A stretch of 64,000 nt of DNA from Klebsormidium nitens (lineage: Eukaryota > Plantae > Klebsormidiophyceae): contig DF237462.1 in NCBI GenBank assembly GCA_000708835.1, forward strand, positions 1-64,000, given 5' to 3'. Below the pieces are notes generated by a model. That model was not told where the DNA came from, made no database searches, and saw nothing but the letters and a program-made list of their open reading frames with translations. The position numbers and the translations under genes were made by a program. Position 1 is the stretch's first letter; every line of letters begins with the position of its first letter. Positions 53,396 through 64,000 of this stretch are shown in pieces.

Positions 53396-56300
53396 ATGGA
53401 GCCAGCCCCGCCCGATGGAGGGGAACCGAAAGAAGACCTTACAGAACAGAGGTTCAAATTGTATGAGGAAACTGACATCGAGTCGGAGCCGTTAGTTGCA
53501 AGAGATGAGGATATTGATGGATCTCTCAAAGCCATCAGGCGCCCATGGTGGCACCTTCCCATCTTACCTCTGCTCATCTTGTCCGAATGGCTTGCCAGGC
53601 TCTCGGACGCCTTTGGGTCTCGCTTCGTCTTTGCTGTCATCATCGTGTATGGGATATCCCAGGGCATTGGGGAGATGGTCGGCGAATTCAACTCAAAGTA
53701 CTACTGGAAGGACGTGATGCGCGTGTCGCCAGCAGAGTCCCAAGTGAGCTGGCCATCAGCTTGCAGTGTACTTGTCGTACATCCGATCACCAGAAGCGTG
53801 CCCTCGGGCTGCCTCACCAGCCATAATTGTGTTAGCTTGGAATGGGCCATCGCTGATCTCAGAATTAGTGCTGAGTTCAGAAACTCGTCTCTAGCTGACA
53901 TGCATCCTGTTAAAAAAACAATGCCGGGTGAAAAGGTAAAGACAGAAAAGGATGCTAATTTTGTTAGCCAACTAGAGATGCATTTCCCTTTCCCCCCTCC
54001 TATTCCCCCCTCCTAAATTATCTCTCCCCCCTGTTCTCCTCCCCCTAGTTGTACAACTCCCTGCCCGACCTTCCCTGGGATATCAAACCGCTGTGGGGCC
54101 TTCTGACAGACAGCTTCCCTATCGCTGGCTCGCACACCCGCTCCTGGATTGCAATCACGAGCGTCCTCGGTGTTTTCTGCTGGGGGACCGTCGCGGCGGT
54201 CCGATTACCAAAAGGGTTAGCAGCAATCGCGCTGGTTGGGACAAATGTTGCAATGGCGCTTCCGGACGTGGCCACAGATGCGGCCGTCGCAATGCGGTCA
54301 CGCGCCAAGCCGCAGTTTGCAGCTGATCTCCAAGTGAGACAAAAGCTTTTCGTGATCCTGGTCCTAGGGTCAGGGTGTGGTGATTTGCGATCAAAAGGGC
54401 TTGGTTTGTATCTGAAAACTTACTGGCACCCTCCTTGATGATCACAAAAGGAAGTTCCATCAAGAGAAGGCTTGAGGAAGCAAACATGAGCTCCTGTTCT
54501 AAATGCAGTCTGCAGCAGCTTGGCGGTTGAGTATATGGCTTGGATCCTGCGTCTAGTGATCAAGGCTGTTTTAAAAGGCTTTCTTCATTGTTTTGGCAGC
54601 GAATGCGACCGAATAGATACTTGTTGCTGTGTTTGTCAGCGAAGCATTTTGTCGCATGGGGGCGCTTTTTAATGAGTTTGTTATAACAAGAGAAAGCGCC
54701 GGTGGGGAAAGTCTGTCCATGGTATGCCTGCGATAGCCAAGCTGAATCAGGACAACACGACTGCAATCTCGAGTGAGTGTCCTTCGAGCTTACTGAAGTT
54801 GAAAACTCAAAGTTGAGTCACAAAAGCGCCCAGTTGTCAACCATCGTCTTGCTATTCCCCTGATTCTAGGCTCTTGCACTTTTCATTTCTGACGACGACA
54901 CGCCATTTCTTTCCCCAGAGCTTAACTTGGGGCACGCTCGCGGTGGGTTCCTTAATCGGCATGGCGTTTAGCGGGCCCGCCGTTCACTACTTGGGCTCTC
55001 GCGGAACATTTGCGCTCTTGTCTGGTGCGCCAGCATTGACGCTGTTGGCAGCGTGGGCACTGCCAGAGCCGAAAGCTGCGACCAATCAGAAGGTGAGCGA
55101 CTGACCGCGGGTCGCCCGTGCCGTGGTACTAGAAAGGTGCTGTTCGGGCATACTCATTGCCAGGTTTTCTGGTTCGCGCTTCACTTTTCAGAAGCTCTCC
55201 GCTTGGGACGTGTCTGCTCAGCGAGAATCGTTTTAATTTCATCTTTGCAGTCGTAGTACAGTCGTAGTTGTGCAGAATTCGAGGCTACTGCCCGCCAATT
55301 CTGAAAGTGATCCCGTGTCTTGTGCATCAGGGCGGTTTTGCGCGCGTCTGGCACTCCCTGCGGTTGTTCTTCGGGGCCATGCGGGACCCGCGCCTGTGGC
55401 AGCCGGCCTTGTACATATACCTCAGGTGAGACCAACTTGCAGAATCGAGCAGCTAGGACGGAAAGCTCATAGCTTCTGGGGTTTCGTACTGTCCGGTTCC
55501 CTCCGTAGGCGGGCTCGAAGCCTCTGAGTGGTCGTACTATCCGTACACTTTCCACCAATTGCTAATCCGAGGATCTCCGCACGGCTTATTGGACGAGCCG
55601 GTTCGACCTGTCCCGTCATATGTCGCCGTCCGTTGCCATTTTCTTAGCAACTCGTTTAGACGAACAGCGAACTTAGTCGCTCACAAGCTTCGCAAGTAGC
55701 CCGGTTTGCAAGACGCGAAGAGCCTTCTACCACCAGCAGCTAGCATTGTTCGTCCACCGAAGACCTTCTCTTAGTGAATCATGACATGTGCGCCGATGTG
55801 CACTGCTCCTTTTAATGCCTGAAGCTATGCTTCCTCTAAACGTAGGCTTCCTCACTGGGGCGGTAGAGCAATTGTTTGGTTTCATAAACCCGGGAAGAGT
55901 TAACCTAAAACTCAGTGCAAAGCTTTGCTGTCCCCCAGCCAGGCCCTGTGCCCTGACATCACCGAGGCCAAGTTCTACTGGCTCACGGACAAGACCGGGA
56001 CGGGGCCCGGCTTCTCCGAAAACTTCTTGGGGTTTCTCGCTACCGTGGGAAACTTAGCCATGCTGGCCGGGGTTCTGGCCTACAACTGGTACCTCAAGGA
56101 CCAGCCTTTCCGGCGCGTCTTTTTGTGGGCGCAGGTAACCAAGCGTTCTCGTCAGGGAGTCCGCTTCCCGTTTGCGAGAAGGTTGATTCATTGTTCTCGC
56201 TTCTTGAGGTCTGTCACTGAGAAGAATTACGAGGAGATGCATCAGCCGTGAAGCAAAACATAGAGAGCCAAAATGGCCATTCAAGAGTTCAGCGCAAGGG

Positions 56301-57379
56301 ATGCAACGTCAGAGCCGTTTCGTTGAGTAAAAGTAAGAGAATATTGTTTGTCTTCCTCACCTTGACCCGCTTTATATGCAAACTGAGACGCGTCAATGCC
56401 CAGGGACGAAGATCGTTGAACTCAATTCCGGTTTGACAAGCTGCCACGTGTCCTTGCACCGCAGGTGACGCTAGTAATAACCGGGATGCTAGACTTGATT
56501 CTCGTGACGCGGCTCAACCAGCGATTCGGCATTCCGGATCACGCGTTTGTCGTGGGTGACGAGGCGGTGCAGGACGCAATCGACAACCTGCGTATGGTCC
56601 CCATGCAGGTGCGTTCGCATAATGCCACCTGTCAGATTTGCATCGGCCGCCTGGGCAGAAAGACCCTTCGTGAATGCAGTGCTTGTGAGGCCAATTATCG
56701 GATGCTTTTCTGTTCGTGTAGCTTTTGGGGGTTTACGTCTGAGTAGATTGTACAAATTGGAGGCTTAAACCAGAACTGAACTTCGTGTAGTTTGGAGGCT
56801 CTGAATCTAAACCCCTGTCGTCATCGATCTTTTCCCAATCAACATTAAATCTGCAAGCTGGCACAAACTCGCCAGCCTGCACCAGAAGAAATTCTGTGGA
56901 CGAGATGACCGGTCGCTAACATTCCTACTCGCAACTTTGGATCACACGTGCACGGTCGGCTTTGCAATCGGCGACGCTTTGCTCTTCGGGATTAGAGATC
57001 CTCTCCTCCTCTTTCTCAGGTCCTAGCCGCCCGCCTCTGCCCCCCCGGAATTGAGGGCACGCTCTTCGCCTTCCTGATGTCGCTCTCCAACGCCGGCGCG
57101 AACACCGCAGAGCTGCTAGGGGCAGGCCTGATAAAGGTGCTCGGAGTGACGTCAACAAACTTTTCCAACTTGTGGCTTGCGGTAACGATCAGGAGCTTGA
57201 TGAAGCTCTTGCCCATTGTGTTCCTGTTTCTAGTCCCTGATGCGAGCCCAACGTCAGACTTTGGGGTCGTAGGCGGAGGAAAGGGTATACCTCGGGACAG
57301 CGATAGCGGCGTTGACCTGACGGTTATGCCTTTGAGCTCGGAGGGACGTGTTGATGACCGCCCGAGAACACCACGATGA
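53396..57379 (+). CDS. Folate-biopterin transporter (BT1/FBT family, MFS), 7 exons
   Basis: LPWDIKPLWGLLTDSFPI, DVATDAAVA, FGIPDHAFVVGD and LCPPGIEGTLFAFLMSLSN. Exons 53396-53743, 54049-54333, 54919-55092, 55331-55425, 55939-56134, 56465-56608 and 57020-57379. Confidence 0.92.
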
Positions 57380-58521
57380 CATGCTGTCACATGGCGATTG
57401 TGAAGACGAAGTTTAGAGCGAAATGCACAGGAACGTTGCTGACTGATTAATCGACACTGAATGCATGGATGTCTCGACACTGCTAGTACTACTGTCTCCT
57501 TAAAGGACAGAGTGAATTACATGAGACGTGTGGTCAATACCATAGAGAGGTGCATGATGAAAGTTCGCATTTGTTTCATGCGTACATTCAGACCGCGCCC
57601 GGGGTCACTTACGAAGTTTGCGGCAAAGCACTTATGGCTCATATTGTGGGGGCGGCGCAGCAAACGTGGATCAAAGCGTAATTGACTATATATGAAATAT
57701 ATAGCATGTGCGTGCAGACAATTGCAGCCACTTAGGCACAGGGCATCTAGGCATACGGCTCTGCCAGCTTATACCTATACATGTCTTCGACTGCGCGTGA
57801 AAATCACAAGTGATCGGTCTGCTTCCCAGTACATGCTTGAAGCTGATTAGTATACGATGTCAACCTGTATTGCCTCAGTGCAAAGGCAGGCTTGGGACCA
57901 GAAGGCAGCCAAATGCACACTGATTAAGGTGGCCATGACAAGCGCTCAATCGATAGCCCGTAGGTACCTTATTTGATGTGCCTCTCACATGCCACTGACA
58001 AATCTTGGAATACTGCATATGCTTATTGGAAGCCAGTCTAAGGGTGGCAACTTGCAGCCTTAAAACTGTATGTCTGACCGGCAACCTAAAAATATAGCCA
58101 AGAACACCTTATGTCTTGCCGATCTTTACTATTGCTTTACTTCCCAATCTTTACCTCAGGCAATTGTTGTACCACTTGAATCTACCTGAGATTGGCCGAT
58201 CAAAGCAATCTCACATCGTGTGCTGGCGGCAAGGTGGAAAATGTGCTCTCTCAACAGCTGAAAAGCTCAACTACAGAACAGTAGCAAGCCACATTTGGTG
58301 CATAGTACACTCGATCATTCTGATGCCCGCAACGACATGTGGACCCAGCAGAATGATGACTATCCCGAGTCTTCACTACAATCCAACTTGGGAACAACTA
58401 ATTTCGGACTGTTTCCAAACATAACATGTACATTTAACTCCTATGCAATGACTCTCACTTTTGTCTGCCAAGAAGACTTGCCCAACTGGTTCAAGCCCAA
58501 TCCAATGACCTGTGAATCATT

Positions 58522-59051
58522 CTACTTTCCCTTCCGCTTGTCCTCTGCTTTTTCGATGCAAGGTCCACTGGTTGTAGAGGTACCGCCCCGATACCATATC
58601 AAAGGCAAGTTGTAATCTTCCTTGGATGCTTGGCAAATCCTGTGGGATCAGGAAGCCTGTCGGGTAAGCTAAGATGGACGGAACAACCATCTTCTACAAA
58701 CTTGCATTGTCGCAATTTGAAATTGCTTTTAATGAGCGCAGTAAGATTAAAGTCTGCCTGCAAAGCAGACAAGGGATGCAAGCACGCAACATCATCCCAG
58801 AACAGGAGTGGCTTACAAATGCTGTACCAAATGAGCAAAACACTAAGGACATCCTCGAGTTGCTCATGCCCCTTGTGTTTGACACCACGTACCTTCTGAG
58901 AATCCTGTTTACTCCTTGCAGTTGTTGCAGCGACTCCCTCATCGGACCCGAACACGCTCGGTGCTCCCTGCTTGTTCCATGAAACCCAGGCGATGTAGCC
59001 AGCGACCAATGTGGAAGCAAGGACCAGGAGTACTCGCATTGGACACACCAT
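58522..59051 (-). CDS. Small conserved single-pass membrane protein (plant MCPMRxLLV family, often labelled methyltransferase-related), 2 exons
   Basis: Exon 59051-58893 encodes MVCPMRVLLVLASTLVAGYIAW. Exon 58638-58522 encodes DLPSIQGRLQLAFDMVSGRYLYNQW. Donor gtacgt and acceptor cacag are in phase 0. Confidence 0.8.
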
Positions 59052-60825
59052 GGTTCCAGGCGGAGCAAAAGGCGTCGAGTGAACTTCAAACCAACGACAC
59101 CAAGCTACTCCTGGACCTAAGCGAAAGAGGACCTAACTGGTGCGCATCAGCAAGTCCTCCTTCGCTGGAGCTCTGCAGAAGGATCTAAACTATTTGCACC
59201 TCATAAGCTGCAGAATGGAAGGAATGATAGAAGGTTTTCCAACAGAACCATGCTTTCAACTTCTATGGGGCCGTTTGCAGGCAGGCTTTCAATCTTGTCG
59301 CTCGGTCGGTGCAGTCCCACTTTGCTTTGCACTTTACGTCCTTATCAGAAGCAACAACTTTCAGCACTCCACCAGCTGAATCCGCCTACCCGCCTCAACC
59401 GCCCGAGCTCTCTGCTCCAGCAGCAATCTCAAGCACGGCCACACCACGTCCCGGGAAGACTGTTTCTGAGCCGCTCTTCTACGCCATGAAAACCTTGTCT
59501 TCCATGAAAAGAGAGGACACTCAGGAGCCTGCTTGACCTCAACAAGCGTGCCTACTTATCTTCAAGAGCACATGTAATCTTATACTTTGTGCGGGCCGCA
59601 AGGTCAGCACGCGCCAGCCACCCTTCCTTCTTTGCTGGTGCAAGGAAGGTGCTGCATGGCAAGGACTCGGAGGTCGGTTTGGTCCTGGTAATCCAAGTAA
59701 AGATAAACCCACCAGGTCACAGCAGGTAACGCAGAGACGTCTTGGAATGCCCGGTCTGCTCGTTGCGCCGGTCTTGTCAACGGGCGTCACTGTAGTGCAG
59801 TCTGCAGCTTTTCGTGAATTTTTCGGACCCGGTTGTTCGAAGGACCGGGAGGAAGCTAGGTGCCCCGCTTTAAAACGCGTTACGTCACGGGCTCACCAGT
59901 AATTTGTAAACCAAGTCAACGCGTCGTTTTGATCCTTACTATAGCCTATGATGCTTCTCTGTCGAATTAATTCAATTGATTGATCGGTCTGTGCAGATCT
60001 GCTTGACCTGCCAGTTAGGAACTTAGGGTTAACCCGAAATGCCTGCTCCAAAGTGCTCGTCGTGCATTAGGTATCTGACAGAGACTGGACACCTCGAAAT
60101 TGGCGAATGAGGACGGCGATTGTTTCTTTTGAAGCATTGCCATGGTGTTATCAGTTAAGACTCTTACTTGGATGCAGCTGCAGCACGTTCTGAACCCGTT
60201 CTGAAGAGCCACACTTGAAAGATATGGCGTATGATCGAGGAGCCAGGATCGGCAGGCACTCTGCTTCTCCCACCGAGCTCGATGTTGGCGCGCCTATCCT
60301 AGTGGTTCATCATGTCCCAAGTCGCAGCTCCAATATTGAATCCGCAGCTCCACTAATAAGGTCTGAATCAGGTGACTCGGTCCTATGTCTCATTTCGACG
60401 AGAGTCACCATCTGAACATGCGCATCATCACTATAAAAGCGTAGTGAATCGCATGCGGCTTCAATCCACTACTTCGAGATCCAAAGAACGCGGATTTCCA
60501 CGTTCTCCAAGATGAAGCTTTCCTTAAGACAAGCTCACGTGCAAAGATCGATTGTTGTCCTGGTCCAGAGTGAACGGATTATGGCGGTTGGACACTGCAG
60601 TAAGTCTAATACGGTTTTTGCAAAAGCGAACGGCGCAGCTGCAGATCTTCACGGTGCATAAACTCGGCCCCATACAAAGTTTTCCTGGAGACAGCAATAT
60701 CGAGACACACTGCTAATGCTTAGAAACCATTGTTGGGACTTGACGACATCATGACATCAGGGACGGTGCTTGTGGGAAGGAGTTGAGCAAGCCCTCTCCT
60801 TTGTAGCCCCGGCGGCAGGCCAGAC

Positions 60826-60857
60826 GATGACGGGGCATGATGACGGGGCATGATGAC
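60826..60857. repeat. Short tandem repeat, 13-mer GATGACGGGGCAT x2.5
   Basis: Copies at 60826-60838 and 60839-60851, with a partial copy to 60857. Confidence 0.85.
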
Positions 60858-61335
60858 TATAGAGTTCGTTCTGATCTCAGAGGCACTTCAGAAAACAAAC
60901 GGGGAATTTAGCTGTTCAGTGTCGGTTGGACGGAAGCTCCAGCTTCAAATCCACGTCAACATGGCCAAATTTTAATTACTTCCAATTTTTATCAAACACG
61001 CCCTGTCACGACGTGCAGCTCTCAAGCCAGAAAGCAGATCATGCCTTCAAAGAACGGGTTCGGATCCACATAAGGGCGTGCGTCCTCTCAATGTGCGAAT
61101 CTGCCTCTGTTGATCATCGCATGTCTCGAACCACCAGATTGTCTCAAGGAGAGCGATCATTGGAAAAATGTCCACCCGTAGGAAGCGCGGTTATTGCAAG
61201 CAAGAAGTTTATAGACCGTTGCATTCTTGCTGCAATGTGTAGCAAGCATTACCTCGGAAGTCCACGCCACCTCTACCCTACTTCCTACTCTACCTACCCC
61301 GTATCTTACACCGCTCCCCCGCCGCCCCTAGTTCC

Positions 61336-64000
61336 TCAGTTCGTCATGCAGCTCTCGTAGGTAGGGATCATATATTTAATGTTAATGAACGCGTCCTCGC
61401 CGCCCTTCTGCTCGAACAGCTCCAGCGTCCGCATGACGCACTCGCCCATGCACTGCTGCTTCTGCTGCGCATAGTCGATGCCGTCGCCCAGATTCTCGGT
61501 GTGGTTCTTGAACAGGTTCAGCACGGGCAGGATCTGCCGGTAGTACGGCACCAGCGCCTCGCCCACCATCTCTTCGCTCTCCACCAGCTTGCACAGCAGC
61601 TGCCACAGGGGAAGTTGGGGAATTAGAGATGGCAAATCAGGTTTAAAAGCTTTGAGATTAGTGAAGTCACCGGCGTGGGACGGGTAGGATGAATTTGGGA
61701 GTTAGGGTGGATACGAGTGCGGAGCAGGAGATCCTGTGAGTCAGCTTTCTAGCCTTGGATTTGAGGTGCCTATTCCTAAACCTTGACTTTTCCCCAAGAT
61801 TCCCCCAAGGTACGTAGGGGAACGGGTCAGAGTCAAACCTGGACCACTCTTGTCGCATACGGCCCTTCACATTTGTATCTCTTCTTATTACTTCGAACTT
61901 TGTAGCTCTGCTCAGGCTTCTCAACCGTGCTCACTTCTCCGTGCTTCATTTCGCATTGCTTGCAAACTGCAAACTTTTCATTTGATAGGGAAGACGTTTG
62001 GCAGAGAAAATGTAACCCAACCCGATTGCAGCCGGATCAGACTGAAGGAGGGCGATTTGAGGAGACTGTGAAACGATCATCTTTACTTTGGACGCAGGCT
62101 ATTCGTGAAGTTTGTCGCGCCCATTCAGCGTCCCGGCTAACGGTTTGCGTGTGCAGGGGGCGTTAGTATTCGCAGTTCTACTTCAAAGCATGCGAGGTGC
62201 GAAAAGTAACCGCGTACTCTTCTCACCCTGCCTATAAGGAACGGGGAAAGAAAAACCATGTTATCTCCGGAGGAAGGAAGTTGTGCGCCTGAAATCCTAC
62301 ACGAGCGCTTCTCGACCCTTGGCTGATTTGAGCTCTCCGTCCAAATTCCGGTACTTCCACCTAAGCGACTTCGAAGGAACTTTGAAGCTTAAGGACGTGC
62401 GTCTTCATTCACTAAACGTGTCTCTCCAGAGACGGGGAAAGTTTCGAACTTGAGTTGTGAAAGACGGCGCCACGATACGATAAAAGTGCCCGCTGTAATC
62501 CATTCCTTGCCTGGACAGAGCTGGGCCGCTTAAATTCAGTTCCCCAAGAAGATTGGTACACAAAAGTATACCGAGGAAGGACCACTGAACAGGGTCCAGC
62601 GAGGGCCAGCTTACCTGGAGCGTGATGTTGATGACGTAGGAGTCCCTCGTGTTCAGGGCGGTCTTGATTGGGATGATCAGCTGAGGGATCACTGGCAGTA
62701 TCTTGCCGTTCCCAACCTGCAACCCCGAAGCGAGCGGCGTTGGCTCTGGTATGCATAAAATCTGTTCTGTGACCACCGTTTGGTAGCTCGAGTTGTTCGA
62801 AGAGACACAGTCAGCACTAAGCCAGGATAGGCTTGTCTTTCCCCCTGCTTGCGATCGAAGCGCGTTCGCTGATCGAAGCTTGGAGATTGCTATCCAAGTT
62901 CTACATCACCGTGCTGCTTCCGTTGCAATTCCGCTGCTCTTGTGCATTGTTTTCCTCGCTTTGGCTTTCTCTATCGATAATTGCAACAATCGGGGGAAGT
63001 GGGCGCCCCAGACTCTGTGACTCTGTTTTGCCGTTCCAGCATCAGGTGCTTTCAACCGCAGAGGCAACGCCCAACTCTCTTGCGAAGCGCACCCTCACCT
63101 TGAGCATGTCCTCGACGCCCTTGATCGCTAGGAACCGGTACGGCTCCTCCTTTTCCCGGATGCCGTCGAAGAAGATGGGCAGGTAGTGGTGGTAGTCCAG
63201 CTTGCTGACGTCAACCTTCCAGTTGATGGTGTTCTTCGAGCCCCGGTGGTCCACCGAGATGGGCAGGTCGCCCCGCTCGTAAAACTTGCGGAACTGCAAC
63301 GGAAGAGGCACGCTCGCGTCAGGAGATGACGTTAGTAATGTGCGAAGCTACGAAGTGAGCATCAGGGTGTGCTCCGAAGAAGTGAATGGTGCGCCGGGAG
63401 TCCCTGAACTAATTGAATATAAGTGCAGGCTTTGTCCCGCACAAGAGAGAATTGTGGAGCAGGAGTGCAAGGTGCATGACGGTTGAGGATCCTTCAGGGG
63501 CCTTACGAAATACCGGTGACAAGAATCTGAACGGCTCTTGCACAATGTGTCAACCCGGAGCTTGAGCTCACGAACATCATCGACTTTCCTGACTTACAGC
63601 TGCCCGAACCGCTACAGACTTTCGCTTTCAATTTAGCCGCCCCTTGATTCACTGGATCTGCCAAACTGTCTCTCTAGCACAAAGAGCTTCTCGAGTCGCA
63701 CCCAAAGGCAAAGCTTTTAAGCTGTCCTAAGCTTTCCGTTCAACGAAGCAGTCAGCTAAGAGGGGGAGATGGCGTATCAGGCTCTCTCATGCTCGAGCTC
63801 TTGGAACAGGAATTTCGGCGTCATAGCTTGAACTGTGCAGCGGGCTTGCCAAGATCCTCTCTTCCCTCAGGATCTTGTTCCATCTTTTGCAGCCAATTGC
63901 ATTTTCCGATCACTAAACAGCTGGCCTTGAGTAATTTAAAAAGGTCCAGAGACAATGAAACTCACGAGCGTGTTGGGCGGGTTGTCCCGCTTCTTGAAAG
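61336..64000 (-). CDS. PACRG: Parkin co-regulated gene protein (axonemal inner-junction protein), 5'-truncated by the window edge
   Basis: KRDNPPNTL|[61 protein letters not shown] and [19 protein letters not shown]. Exons 64000-63966, 63293-63099, 62716-62615 and 61599-61336. Confidence 0.95.

Noticed and set aside
60826-60875. Box C/D snoRNA (ATGATGA ... CTGA)
   Set aside because: The C-box words come from a 13-mer tandem repeat, the spacing to CTGA is too short and there is no terminal stem.

Overview
Eukaryotic nuclear DNA with short GC-rich exons and GT-AG or GC-AG introns. The gene content (plant-type F-box/LRR, BAHD acyltransferase, BT1 transporter, flagellar PACRG) points to a streptophyte alga such as Klebsormidium; this is inferred, not verified. 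The left half (1-31.5 kb) is a three-unit tandem array. Each unit has a + strand F-box/LRR gene with a conserved leader and a novel 44-aa N-terminus, followed by a convergent - strand locus made of a decayed upstream coding block and a Ser/Pro-rich plus coiled-coil gene. Units 2 and 3 look intact for both genes. In unit 1 the F-box has been deleted and the coiled-coil gene is absent. The right half holds a DEAH-box helicase (DHX33/DEAH10-like), a BAHD acyltransferase, an unknown plastid-targeted protein with a long intronic inverted repeat, a folate-biopterin transporter, a small conserved membrane protein and the 3' part of PACRG. The palindrome TGACGTCA is strongly over-represented across the window. 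All exon models were built by eye from splice signals and reading frame and need transcript confirmation.
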